This document shows, piece by piece, positions 9,643-19,762 of a stretch of DNA of 64,000 nt. Source of the stretch: a virus; IMG/VR virus record IMGVR_UViG_3300035698_010154, positions 12,835 to 76,834 of that record; one strand, given 5' to 3'. Each line of letters begins with the position of its first letter. Positions within the stretch are counted from its first letter, which is position 1. A program made the position numbers and the translations under genes. The notes below the pieces were generated by a model. It worked only from the letters and a program-made list of their open reading frames with translations. It was not told where the DNA came from and did not search any database.

Positions 9643-9939
9643 TCATTTTATACTACCCTCCTCCTTCATAAGTTTTTCATTCATCATATTCTTATAGTTA
9701 TATTTTAGCATGTTTTTATCAGTAAATGGATTCCACTCTTCTATCTCAGTAACATTTATCTGTGTTCCCTTAAATGCTTGTATATCATACCATCTATTAA
9801 AATGAATATTCTTCTCTATCTTGAGGTTGTTATCATTTTTAAGAAGATCATGTATATTGATAACCTCCGTGGTCATGAATACAAGAATAATCGCGATGAT
9901 TATTAGCACAATTGAGTTAAGATTTTCATTCATACGCAC
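9643..9939 (-). CDS. Hypothetical protein with N-terminal hydrophobic helix
   Basis: GGAGG RBS; LNSIVLIIIAIILVFM. Confidence 0.55.
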   Translation of the reverse strand: MRMNENLNSIVLIIIAIILVFMTTEVINIHDLLKNDNNLKIEKNIHFNRWYDIQAFKGTQINVTEIEEWNPFTDKNMLKYNYKNMMNEKLMKEEGSIK

Positions 9940-10032
9940 TCACTCTACCTCCCTACCTTCTTTTTATTTACAAGTTACACACCAGTAAGTATAGATTTCA
10001 TGTACTTACTGGTCATTATCAAATATTATTAC

Positions 10033-10254
10033 CTATACACCCTTATATCCGATTTTTATCTTCTTAGTATTTACCTTTGGTTTTATCTCAAAATGTGATA
10101 AATTGTAACAACTCCTTGATTTGCCATCCCATACAGCCACATCATATGTAATATGATCATTTTCTCTTATATAGATCCCTGTTATAAACCCCACATTATC
10201 AAGATGAACAATTTCAACTTCTGTTCCGACTGGTACCACTTCAATTTGATCCAT
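10033..10254 (-). CDS. Hypothetical protein
   Basis: ORF with RBS; TTTACA-N17-TATTAT promoter upstream on the minus strand (~10287..10315). Confidence 0.6.
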   Translation of the reverse strand: MDQIEVVPVGTEVEIVHLDNVGFITGIYIRENDHITYDVAVWDGKSRSCYNLSHFEIKPKVNTKKIKIGYKGV

Positions 10255-10339
10255 ATTTACACCTTTATTTATACTTTATTTTCTTAATAATAACATAAAA
10301 AATATATTTTGTAAATGAACTTTGTTTTATACTTTTGTG

Positions 10340-10347
10340 TATAAATA
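10340..10347 (+). promoter_or_regulatory. Late promoter TATAAATA
   Basis: Exact consensus where the baseplate operon resumes. Confidence 0.7.
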
Positions 10348-10421
10348 TAAAAGAGAAAGGGTGTAGTTTTTATATAATATACAGGTGTCGGTAGTAGGGT
10401 AGTAGGGTAGGAGTGTAGGTT

Positions 10422-10805
10422 ATGGCAGTAACAAAGCTAAATACAACATATTATAGGAGTACAGAAGTCAAGCTGGGTAGTGTTAGTTCATTGAAACTAT
10501 ACCCTATATTTCTTGATGAGGATAGAGAGACAAAGTTCCTTAATCTCTTTAGATCATATCGACTGAATGAAGAAGTAATATCAGATGTTGTATTTTATGA
10601 TACTTACGAGGTTTCTAATGATGAGTTCTGGGACGATGTGGCCTTCAATGTTTACAATGATCCAGAGCTTTGGTGGATTGTCGCCATGGTGAATAATGTC
10701 GTTAACCCATTTGAAGAATTGAGCACCGGAGACAATCTGAAGGTTTTGAAAGAGAGCTATATCTACACGTTGATGACTGATCTTGAGCAACTCAGTCAAC
10801 TTTAG
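10422..10805 (+). CDS. T4 gp53-like baseplate wedge protein
   Basis: WDDVAFNVYNDPELWWIVAMVNNVVNPFEEL motif. Confidence 0.8.
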   Translation: MAVTKLNTTYYRSTEVKLGSVSSLKLYPIFLDEDRETKFLNLFRSYRLNEEVISDVVFYDTYEVSNDEFWDDVAFNVYNDPELWWIVAMVNNVVNPFEELSTGDNLKVLKESYIYTLMTDLEQLSQL

Positions 10806-10852
10806 AGAAGGTGTTAGGTATATAGGGTTTTAGGTAGTAGGTATAGAAAAAT

Positions 10853-11458
10853 ATGAGACTAACACAATACATAACAGAGTCAAATAAAACAGAAACAGAA
10901 AAGTTTATAGCCAATGTCAGAAAGGACTGTAAACCATGGCTATCAGCAATAAAGTCATTCAAGAAGAAAACTCTATATAGAGGATATAAAGGAAAGATAA
11001 TAGACAAGAAAAATGTTAGAACAGATAGAAAACCAACTGATATGTCTTCAAGTACACATGTGATATTGGATGATATGTTCTATGATAAATTTGGTTGGAA
11101 ACCCAGAAGTGAGGGTCTATTCGCGTCCTCTATAATTAGCACAACAAATCAATATGGTAAACCTGGCCTATGTTTTCCAATTGGAAAATTCAAATATATA
11201 TGGAATGAACATATAGATGATCTATATGCTCATATCTTACATGTTGGTATGATAGATAATGTTGATAACTATACAGATAAAAATTTAAAGAAATACATAA
11301 ACTCATCGTATACAGAAATAATGATAAAGTGTAAAAGCTATTACATCTTTGATTGTATATCATTGATCACATATTTGAAATTACGTGAATCTGAAAAATA
11401 TGGTGGATTATCTCTAGAAGATGGTTTCAACACTTGGATAGAGGAGAGTATTTTATAA
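10853..11458 (+). CDS. Putative head-packaged protein with possible ADP-ribosyltransferase fold; paralog of 50442..51077
   Basis: N-terminus MRLTQYITE; LYRG, RTDRKP, KFGWKPRSEGLFASS, TEIMIKCKSYY. Confidence 0.5.
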   Translation: MRLTQYITESNKTETEKFIANVRKDCKPWLSAIKSFKKKTLYRGYKGKIIDKKNVRTDRKPTDMSSSTHVILDDMFYDKFGWKPRSEGLFASSIISTTNQYGKPGLCFPIGKFKYIWNEHIDDLYAHILHVGMIDNVDNYTDKNLKKYINSSYTEIMIKCKSYYIFDCISLITYLKLRESEKYGGLSLEDGFNTWIEESIL

Positions 11459-11459
11459 T

Positions 11460-12761
11460 ATGAGCTTTGATGAAAAAGGCGACACAGCGGTTGATGAAGG
11501 AATATTTGCTGTAACATTAGTATTTAAAGATAAGATGATACAACTAGATACAGAAGACGTTATGGATCTGTATTTTATTGAAGATATCTTCAAATTCTCA
11601 ATGACAGGAAAACTCGTATTCTATGACAAGTACAACTTCTTAGAACTCGGCCCCTTTACTGGCAATGAACAGATACTAGTCACATATGGAAAAGAGACAG
11701 AGACAAGAATATTATTTGATATATGGAAGGTCAATGAAATATCAATGACACAAACAATGGACCCATCATCATTTGGAATGATAGAACTCTTTTTCGTAGA
11801 TCCTGGATTTCAACAAATCGCGTTTAGGAGATATAGTCGAGGGTGGGCTGAAGATACTAAAGTAGATAGTATCATGACTGATATATTCGATCATATGACA
11901 ACGCTCACCAGAGAGAGCACTCTTGAATATGAGCCAAGTGATACTATAATGACAAATGGGTTCGTAATGCCATATTGGACACCACAACAAGCCTTGACAT
12001 TTTTAATGAAACGAGCAAAAGGTAATATATCAGGAAATTCTGGTTATCTGTGTTATAATAATACACGAAATAACGCAATGACAACGAATCTATATACATT
12101 GGATTATTTACTCAATGATGAATATGGGAAAGCTGACCCAGATACATATGTATTCAGTAATAGGGATATATCAATTTCAAATAAAATATTGGAATGGACT
12201 ATATCCGGTACTGATAAGATGGCTCATAAATTTTTAAGAGGTGGGACATTCAGAGGATACAATTGGGATGATAAGAGTCTTATAAATACTGAATTAAAGT
12301 ACTCAGATGGTGTTGATAGTATGATAATGTTAGGTAAGAAAACGCTATTCCCAGATATGAGTGATTCAGCGTCAACGAATGAGAATTGGGGTGAGAGTGA
12401 AGGTGATATAATAAAGAATATATTCTATTCCGAATGGTCACAACGATACGCCTTACAGAACGTAGTGAACGTAACACTAAATGGTCATGAAAAGAGATTT
12501 GCTGGACAACTGATCGATATTCAATGGCCGAGTTCAGTTGAGCCCGCTGGTAAATTCGCTGGGTTCAACTTGTCCTATAAGGGTATGTATCTTATAAAGT
12601 CAATAACGCATTCTTTCATAGGTTCCCAATCTCAACAAGACCCATATTTACAGAAAGCCGTACTTATAAAGAATGGATATTCAGAACAAGAAGACGATTC
12701 TCTATATGACTCAGTTAAATGGAAACCATCAACTAGTAAAAATTCGATAGTGGGGATTTAA
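11460..12761 (+). CDS. Baseplate hub protein (gp27-like)
   Basis: FIEDIFKFSMTGKLVFYD; GMYLIKSITHSF; directly precedes gp5. Confidence 0.65.
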   Translation: MSFDEKGDTAVDEGIFAVTLVFKDKMIQLDTEDVMDLYFIEDIFKFSMTGKLVFYDKYNFLELGPFTGNEQILVTYGKETETRILFDIWKVNEISMTQTMDPSSFGMIELFFVDPGFQQIAFRRYSRGWAEDTKVDSIMTDIFDHMTTLTRESTLEYEPSDTIMTNGFVMPYWTPQQALTFLMKRAKGNISGNSGYLCYNNTRNNAMTTNLYTLDYLLNDEYGKADPDTYVFSNRDISISNKILEWTISGTDKMAHKFLRGGTFRGYNWDDKSLINTELKYSDGVDSMIMLGKKTLFPDMSDSASTNENWGESEGDIIKNIFYSEWSQRYALQNVVNVTLNGHEKRFAGQLIDIQWPSSVEPAGKFAGFNLSYKGMYLIKSITHSFIGSQSQQDPYLQKAVLIKNGYSEQEDDSLYDSVKWKPSTSKNSIVGI

Positions 12762-13342
12762 TGATAAAACACAAACTCAAAGATCTCATAAGAGATGATA
12801 CAAGGATAAGAGGTATATATCGTGGAGTAGTAGAGGCTGTCGATGATCCTGAAAGCGCTGGTCGTGTTCGTTGTAGAATACATGGACTACATACTCAAGC
12901 TGGTTCTCCAGATAATAGTTTATCAATAACTAATTTAGATGGTATACCAACAGAATACCTACCGTGGTGTGAACCGGCAATGTCAACAGCAGAGTTTGGT
13001 ACTGGGACTGGTATATTCGGTATTCCACAAATCGGTGCTCATGTGTTGATATTCTTTGAGAACGAGAATATACTGAACCCAATATATTTCGCAGGTGTCC
13101 CATCTAAAGCAGATTGGAACACAGACGCTGTTCCGGGTGTCTTTGTGTTCAAATTACCAGGTGGTCAATCAATAGAAATAGACTCAAATGAGGGTAGTGA
13201 AACAATGAAAGCTATACACAAAGGAACAGAGATTGAAATAGATAGTGATGGAAAAATAAATGTAACAGGGTCCGGAGATGCTGATATAACTGTAACAGGA
13301 AATTGTACAGTAACAACAACAGGAACAATTAATTTAAATTAG
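12761..13342 (+). CDS. T4 gp5-like baseplate spike (OB domain plus short beta-helix, no lysozyme)
   Basis: YRGVVEAVDDPESAGRVRCRIHGLH, LPWCEP, PQIGAHVLIFFE. Confidence 0.85.
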   Translation: MIKHKLKDLIRDDTRIRGIYRGVVEAVDDPESAGRVRCRIHGLHTQAGSPDNSLSITNLDGIPTEYLPWCEPAMSTAEFGTGTGIFGIPQIGAHVLIFFENENILNPIYFAGVPSKADWNTDAVPGVFVFKLPGGQSIEIDSNEGSETMKAIHKGTEIEIDSDGKINVTGSGDADITVTGNCTVTTTGTINLN

Positions 13343-13371
13343 TAGAGTGGGAGAAGGGAGAAGAGAAGAAT

Positions 13372-13674
13372 ATGGGATCATCAGTAGCAAGTATAGGAGA
13401 TAAAGGATTTGGAACATGTACTTGTCATGAAAGTCCTATACCATCAGTTGGGACAATAATCAAAGGCTCCCAAAATGTAATGATCAATGGAAAGTCATGT
13501 GCAAGAGTATCAGATAAAATTGTGTCTGGATGCGGGCATGTAAGCACAATAATCAAAGGAGCTAGTAAAACGCTAGCAAATGGATTATCAGTATCAAGAT
13601 TGGGTGATAAGTTTGCCAGTGGTTGTTATACAGGCACAATAATAAAAGGCTCTTCAAATGTGATAGCGGGGTAA
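13372..13674 (+). CDS. PAAR-repeat spike tip protein (gp5.4-like)
   Basis: GSQNVMINGKSCARVSD; GTIIKGSSNVIAG repeats. Confidence 0.85.
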   Translation: MGSSVASIGDKGFGTCTCHESPIPSVGTIIKGSQNVMINGKSCARVSDKIVSGCGHVSTIIKGASKTLANGLSVSRLGDKFASGCYTGTIIKGSSNVIAG

Positions 13675-13677
13675 AAT

Positions 13678-14256
13678 ATGAGTTTTAATGATTATGTGGA
13701 TGGAATGGTAAGTGAATCGGCAGCAATATCGGCTTCAATGAATCAACTGGATATACAGATTGCTGCATTAGTAATAGAGAGAGATGATATCATAGCTAAT
13801 GTGTTAACATCACCGGTATCGGCATCGGATGCTTATATAGATGCTAAGTTAATAGAAATTCAAGATGACAACCCTACCGAGTTGTTTGCAATTGTAAAAG
13901 GCGGTACATATGGGCATGATGATATTGATGGTAATCTTTCAGACTGGTTAATAAAGTATACTACTCCTTTGCATGAGCCGGTGGATGAAACATATATAAG
14001 TGGAGATATGCTTAATGGTACTGGATCTGCAGAAGACATATCCCAATATAACAGACAGGAAAGCCTAGCATACCCAATGGCTATAGATCATATATATAGA
14101 CCATTTACTGATCCCGATAATCCTAGTATTAATACTGTAGCGACATATGGTATACAAGCAAACATAAATTCATTGACAGAAGCTAAAACTATTTTAGGAA
14201 AAGATAAAGTAAAATTAGATGCTGCATATATCGCATATGAGCCACTTAAAACATAA
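13678..14256 (+). CDS. Hypothetical virion-module protein
   Basis: ORF coupled to the PAAR gene. Confidence 0.55.
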   Translation: MSFNDYVDGMVSESAAISASMNQLDIQIAALVIERDDIIANVLTSPVSASDAYIDAKLIEIQDDNPTELFAIVKGGTYGHDDIDGNLSDWLIKYTTPLHEPVDETYISGDMLNGTGSAEDISQYNRQESLAYPMAIDHIYRPFTDPDNPSINTVATYGIQANINSLTEAKTILGKDKVKLDAAYIAYEPLKT

Positions 14257-14300
14257 ATATAAGAGTATAGAGAGAGAGAGAGGAGAGAGAGATATAACAT

Positions 14301-14627
14301 ATGGCCTTTAAAAAATGTCCGGCATGTGGTATAATGCTAGGTTATAATAAGTTCGGTTGTAATAAGAGTAGAAAGGACAACATGCAACCATATTGTCGGA
14401 GCTGTATGAAGAAGGCAAGAAAGGCGAGTGCCAAGAAAGCTAAATCAAAAGAGTTGGCGAGAGAAAGACAAAAAAAATATAGAGAGAAAAAGAAATTAGT
14501 AAAAAATACGAGTATAAAAGAGACCCAGAAAGTAAAAGATTCCATCACTCCGTTATGGAAACACAATGAACCAAAGGATCACAGAATAACGTTGAATCCC
14601 TTACCAGTAAAGAGTAAAGAGGAATAA
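14301..14627 (+). CDS. Zn-finger basic protein resembling a homing-endonuclease N-terminus, no nuclease domain
   Basis: CPACG..NKSRKDNMQPYCRSC followed by a Lys-rich helix. Confidence 0.5.
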   Translation: MAFKKCPACGIMLGYNKFGCNKSRKDNMQPYCRSCMKKARKASAKKAKSKELARERQKKYREKKKLVKNTSIKETQKVKDSITPLWKHNEPKDHRITLNPLPVKSKEE

Positions 14628-14631
14628 AATA

Positions 14632-15012
14632 ATGGCAACAGAATATATTTGGTCAGATATAGATGCTGATATGATAAAGGATACGAGTGGTGACATAAAA
14701 AAAGGCACAAATGTTGACTCCATTCTTAACAGTCTGAAAAACATTCTAGGAACAAGTCAAGGAACACGAAGAATGATGCCAAGATTTGCCGCAGACATCA
14801 GAGGTCTTTTATTTGAGCCTCAAGACAAGTTAACAGCAAGGCTCTTAGGACAAAGGATTATTGATTCCATAAAATATTGGGAAGATCGCATAAGCATAAA
14901 TGGTATCGATATTCAACCAGACTATAGGCAAGGTCTGTATAATTGTAGACTACGATTTACTATTATTGGTTCAAGTATAGAAGAAGCAATTTCTTTTATT
15001 TTATCAAGGTAA
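14632..15012 (+). CDS. T4 gp25-like baseplate wedge protein
   Basis: SLKNILGTSQGTRRMMPRFAADIRGLLFEP; WEDRI. Confidence 0.9.
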   Translation: MATEYIWSDIDADMIKDTSGDIKKGTNVDSILNSLKNILGTSQGTRRMMPRFAADIRGLLFEPQDKLTARLLGQRIIDSIKYWEDRISINGIDIQPDYRQGLYNCRLRFTIIGSSIEEAISFILSR

Positions 15013-15071
15013 CTATCACAATATGCGATATACAGTTCAATATAATAAATATGAAAGAGAGAGGAAACATA

Positions 15072-16784
15072 ATGAGTACTTTAGTTCCGGATTATTTAGC
15101 ACTAGATTTTAATACAGTTATAGAGAAAATGAAAGAAGAGCTACAAAAAGATGGTACATTTAGAGACTATGATTATAGAGGATCTAATATATCAATCTTA
15201 ATAGAATTGATGGCATGGTTTGCTGATCAGAATAACTTTTTCTTGAACAAGATAGCGAAAAACGTATATCTCGAAACATCAGATATCTATGAATGTATTA
15301 ATAGGCTTGCCAAGCAGGTTGGATACAATGCAAAAGGGACAAGGAGTTCAAGAGTTACTCTTTCATGTGCCGTATCTGGACACCAGTCTGGATATACAAT
15401 AACTGTATTGCCATGGAAACAACTAGACTCTGGTAGACAAACAGATAGTAATGATCCAATATATTTCGCCACAACAGCAGCACAATCTATTACATTAACA
15501 AGTGATACCGGAACAATACCAGTTGTTTTACGACAAGGTGAAATCATTGATATAACAGGATATACTGGTGATGATCTTATAGATAATGAACTAGTATTGC
15601 CTTATAGTTATGCTTATGATGATGATGTGGATGATGATTACCCATCGATACAAGTTACTGTAAATAACGATATATGGACAAGAGTAACGGATTTCTATGA
15701 TGATATAACACCACTCTCGACTGATGATGTATATATGTTCATATATGATAGATATGAACGAAGTAAACTTGTCTTCAATTCAGCTAGAAACATTCCTACT
15801 TCTAGTGATACAATAACTATCAAATGTTTAGATTCACTAGCAACAGATGGTGATATAAATCAAGATATAGCAACAGATGAATGGACAATAATTGATGATG
15901 TGTTAGCTCAAAAAACTGTAGGTAATGTCGTATCTGATTTACCCAATTCTAGTTTAAGTCTATCAATATCAGCAGCATCAATAGGGGCCGCTTCTCCCGA
16001 GACAATTGATGAAATTAAAGAAAATTCACAATCTACTCTAAGAACACAATTCCGTAATGTAACAGCGACAGATTATAAAACATTCCTTACTGAGAGATCT
16101 GATATGGACGCCGCGAACGCATGGGGAGAACAAGACATATCACCATCCGGTGGGTCTATTGAAGAATACAACAAGATTCATTTATCAACAATACCAGCAA
16201 CATGGACGAATAGCACAATTTCCACAACTACAAGTGCATGGACTACTGATTGGAGTACATCGGGTAATATACTGATACCATTAGCATACTCAGAAACATG
16301 GACAGATACATTAAAAACATACCTAGAGTCAAGAAAGATGATATCAGTATATGAAGTATATGATCTACCGACTCTTGCGTATTTCTCTTTTGAGTTCTCA
16401 TGTAGAATAAAGAAAGTATTTACATTCTTAGACATATCAACTGACATAAAGAACAAATTGATATACTATTTCAGAGCATCGAATCATGAATTTGGTGAGA
16501 TCATAAGTTTTAATAATATAATTGACTATATAATTGACACAACACAGATTTCACCAACAAATAATTTCACAAATATTGCTGGAATAAGAAATCTGAATGT
16601 ACGTGATATAAATATTAGTATTACTATGAATGAACCTAATAGTACAACAACAACTTATCCATACTGGATTGAACAACCATATACTGGACGAGATAACATA
16701 TTGAGAAGAATTCAATTAGGGTATAATCAATTTCCTATTCTACAGTCTGATTCTGTATATATCTCTCAAGAGGAAATATTATAA
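15072..16784 (+). CDS. T4 gp6-like baseplate wedge protein
   Basis: LDFNTV, FRDYDYRGSNISILIELMA, ETIDEIK, RNVTATDY; start probably MSTLVP. Confidence 0.9.
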   Translation: MSTLVPDYLALDFNTVIEKMKEELQKDGTFRDYDYRGSNISILIELMAWFADQNNFFLNKIAKNVYLETSDIYECINRLAKQVGYNAKGTRSSRVTLSCAVSGHQSGYTITVLPWKQLDSGRQTDSNDPIYFATTAAQSITLTSDTGTIPVVLRQGEIIDITGYTGDDLIDNELVLPYSYAYDDDVDDDYPSIQVTVNNDIWTRVTDFYDDITPLSTDDVYMFIYDRYERSKLVFNSARNIPTSSDTITIKCLDSLATDGDINQDIATDEWTIIDDVLAQKTVGNVVSDLPNSSLSLSISAASIGAASPETIDEIKENSQSTLRTQFRNVTATDYKTFLTERSDMDAANAWGEQDISPSGGSIEEYNKIHLSTIPATWTNSTISTTTSAWTTDWSTSGNILIPLAYSETWTDTLKTYLESRKMISVYEVYDLPTLAYFSFEFSCRIKKVFTFLDISTDIKNKLIYYFRASNHEFGEIISFNNIIDYIIDTTQISPTNNFTNIAGIRNLNVRDINISITMNEPNSTTTTYPYWIEQPYTGRDNILRRIQLGYNQFPILQSDSVYISQEEIL

Positions 16785-16797
16785 GGAGAAATGAGAA

Positions 16798-18954
16798 GTG
16801 ACAAAATTTTCAGATAGTAACTGGTCTATTCTTGATGAGTATTTTAGAAGTACAACTGATGTTAGAACAGGCACACATAACTCATACCTTTATGCACCAA
16901 AACACACAATGGTAATGGAAGGTGGGACATATACAGAATTGTTCGAAGACAACTCAGATTATGGTTGGGTGGGTCATAATTTCACATCACCTACTGTAGA
17001 TGGTAATATCTTTACATTCACATATGAAGGAGTATCATCAACCAACTCATTAGCTAGCAATGTAACAACAATAACAAATGGATCTGATTTGTATTTTCGT
17101 AAAAGTTCATATTTCTATACATGGTTATTAAATAATAGTAGTAGTTATAGAGACTATCTCAACACAAATAAGAGATTTCTATACTTTGGTAAAATATGGG
17201 CATCATCAGAATCAAACAATACGTATTCAGTAGAATTTCAAGGATTGAAGGATCACATGCTGAGAGCGTTGCCACCTATAAACAGAACAACAGCAATGGA
17301 AGATTGGCTAAAAGCATACTTTGATGGAACTCATCATTCTATATATAATCTAACAAAGAATATATGGTCAATGAGAGATTCTAAAGAAATTGATATAAGA
17401 TTCTTAGAGTATATAGCGAATGAGTATGGTATAGAAATAAAGCATGATTTAACAACTGAAACAGCATTAAGAGAATGGGTTGATAATCTAATATACTTCT
17501 TGAAGAGAAAGGGCGATTATTCAACTATATACATTGTATATAAATTCCTTCTTACTAACACTACTAACACTTTGAATGTGTACGAAAGATGGCATGACTG
17601 GAATCTATCAGAATCATATAATACACCATTAAAAGCGGATTGGGACGATCATCATATTCTTGAATATTATAGTATTCAACCATCTGGCGCAGCGGGAAAT
17701 GATTATTATTTAAGATATGATCCAGATTTGTACCCTGTTTATACTGATATAGAACCAGCACCAGGTGCTACAGGTAATCCAATTCTATCACCTCACTATA
17801 AGGTAGAAATAGATTTAACATCTGAACCAATGAGCGATGATTATATAATAAATGAAGATATAATAGATGAGCTAATAAGATATTGGAATTATACAAAACC
17901 CGTATCAAGATATGTAACATATACTGAACTTCTTGCACCAGATGGCGTAATAGATGGTACAGATGTTGAAGAAATATCAACATATGATTCAGATGAAATC
18001 GCACATCTAACAACCCAGTTTACTGGCGCGCAGTACCTATCATCAGAACTATCATCTGCGGGATTTGGCGCCAATACATATGACCATAGAAATGTTGTTA
18101 GTTCTGATACATGGAATATTGTTCATAATATAGGGCCAAATGGAGTATTGGTTCAAGTCGAAGATACAAATGAAAGTGTAATGTTACCATTAGATATTGA
18201 AGAGTTGGATTCTGATACATTAGAGGTTTCATTTGTTTATGGTGTAAAGGGCAGAGCACTAATAGCAATGGCGGATTATCAAACAAGTTTTACTGTGTCT
18301 GATATGCCAGCCATTGAGGATCGCGTTGTTGGTTATGTGTTCGATGAAACAACTGGTTTGACGGCAGTCGATGATGAATCGAACTTTAATATCACATTAG
18401 AGGGATTCTCAGGAGATGATACACAATGGACGGGTAGTGGAGTAAAATTAAATGGTACTGATGAAAGGCTCAATCCTACTACAACCTACCCAGACTATTT
18501 TAATGCAAGCCATACAATAAGAATTAAATATATAGACAACGTAGACACATATTATGTTTTAGGTGGCACTGCAAATGCGTTTGGTGATGGAGTGTATTCC
18601 ATCACCAATTCAACTGGTTACTTAGCAGTAACTTGTAGACCCCCTACCTACTCAACGACCTTGGGCCATTGGGCATCATTGAATAACGATGTGTTTGACA
18701 ATGATGGTGAAGAACATGAATTGATAATTGTTATTGAGTCTGGGATTGATAGCGGAATCAGGTGCTATAAAGATGGGGAATTAATATCACCAAGTATTGA
18801 TGTTGGGTATACTGGTAATATGTCTGGTATCGATATGGCTACTTATTCTATGGATAATGTTTTCAAGTGGGGTGTGTTCCATAGCAATGGATTACATCTT
18901 CATTATTTTGACGGGACATTCAACTTAATTGAAATTTATAATACGATTGTGTAG
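16798..18954 (+). CDS. gp7-like baseplate wedge protein with C-terminal LamG/ConA-like domain
   Basis: FLEYIANEYG, YFLKRKG (gp7/P2-I-like), KPVSR; follows gp6. Confidence 0.6.
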   Translation: MTKFSDSNWSILDEYFRSTTDVRTGTHNSYLYAPKHTMVMEGGTYTELFEDNSDYGWVGHNFTSPTVDGNIFTFTYEGVSSTNSLASNVTTITNGSDLYFRKSSYFYTWLLNNSSSYRDYLNTNKRFLYFGKIWASSESNNTYSVEFQGLKDHMLRALPPINRTTAMEDWLKAYFDGTHHSIYNLTKNIWSMRDSKEIDIRFLEYIANEYGIEIKHDLTTETALREWVDNLIYFLKRKGDYSTIYIVYKFLLTNTTNTLNVYERWHDWNLSESYNTPLKADWDDHHILEYYSIQPSGAAGNDYYLRYDPDLYPVYTDIEPAPGATGNPILSPHYKVEIDLTSEPMSDDYIINEDIIDELIRYWNYTKPVSRYVTYTELLAPDGVIDGTDVEEISTYDSDEIAHLTTQFTGAQYLSSELSSAGFGANTYDHRNVVSSDTWNIVHNIGPNGVLVQVEDTNESVMLPLDIEELDSDTLEVSFVYGVKGRALIAMADYQTSFTVSDMPAIEDRVVGYVFDETTGLTAVDDESNFNITLEGFSGDDTQWTGSGVKLNGTDERLNPTTTYPDYFNASHTIRIKYIDNVDTYYVLGGTANAFGDGVYSITNSTGYLAVTCRPPTYSTTLGHWASLNNDVFDNDGEEHELIIVIESGIDSGIRCYKDGELISPSIDVGYTGNMSGIDMATYSMDNVFKWGVFHSNGLHLHYFDGTFNLIEIYNTIV

Positions 18955-19001
18955 ATATAGTAGCAGCACTTTATTACAATGATGTATAAGGAATTTAAAG
19001 T

Positions 19002-19754
19002 ATGACAGAAACATATGAACAAATAATAACACACAATTTATATTCAGCATCTGCAGCAACAGGTGTATTGTCACAATATTGGAATGATGGTTTTAGAATA
19101 TTACCGCATACAGTAGAAATAAATTCTAGTGATCAATTGACTGCAACATTTACCAAAAACGCAAGCGCATCAATGACTATAACAGCAGTTGTAAGAAAAT
19201 CAGATTACACACATGAGCAGACCGTGGCATCAACAACATGGGATATAAATCATAACCTAAATACGGATTCTTTAATAACTCAAACATTTTCATCCAATGA
19301 AGAGGTAATACCATTAACAATATCACATGATTTCAATGATACTGTTATAACATTTCCTGAGGCCATAACTGGCAATGCTGAGTTTATATGGGCTAGATCG
19401 GGTTTTAGTGTGCAGGAGTCACCTACTGATATTTCTGGTCTTACTCTATCGGTTTCAGCATCTTATTGGAAAGCTGGCACTGGATCATCGGACACTTGGC
19501 GCCCATTAGAAGAAAATGATATAGAGACAATGGCCACAAGTGGTAGTTTTATATCATATAGAGATAGTGATTCTGATCCAGATAATATGTTTATACTAGA
19601 ATTTGATATTTCTAAGAATGAAGATATAAATATAACAGAGATAGGTATTTTTAATGATGAGGATGAAATGGTGTTTTATACAGATTGTAGTCCTCTGTTT
19701 AAACCAGCAGATGTGACACTAAAATTATTTTATAAAATTATGAAATTTAGGTAG
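19002..19754 (+). CDS. Baseplate/fibre-attachment structural protein (likely continuation of the gp7-like gene)
   Basis: THNL/INHNL modules; ITEIGIFNDEDEMVFY motif. Confidence 0.55.
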   Translation: MTETYEQIITHNLYSASAATGVLSQYWNDGFRILPHTVEINSSDQLTATFTKNASASMTITAVVRKSDYTHEQTVASTTWDINHNLNTDSLITQTFSSNEEVIPLTISHDFNDTVITFPEAITGNAEFIWARSGFSVQESPTDISGLTLSVSASYWKAGTGSSDTWRPLEENDIETMATSGSFISYRDSDSDPDNMFILEFDISKNEDINITEIGIFNDEDEMVFYTDCSPLFKPADVTLKLFYKIMKFR

Positions 19755-19762
19755 GAGTTTAT

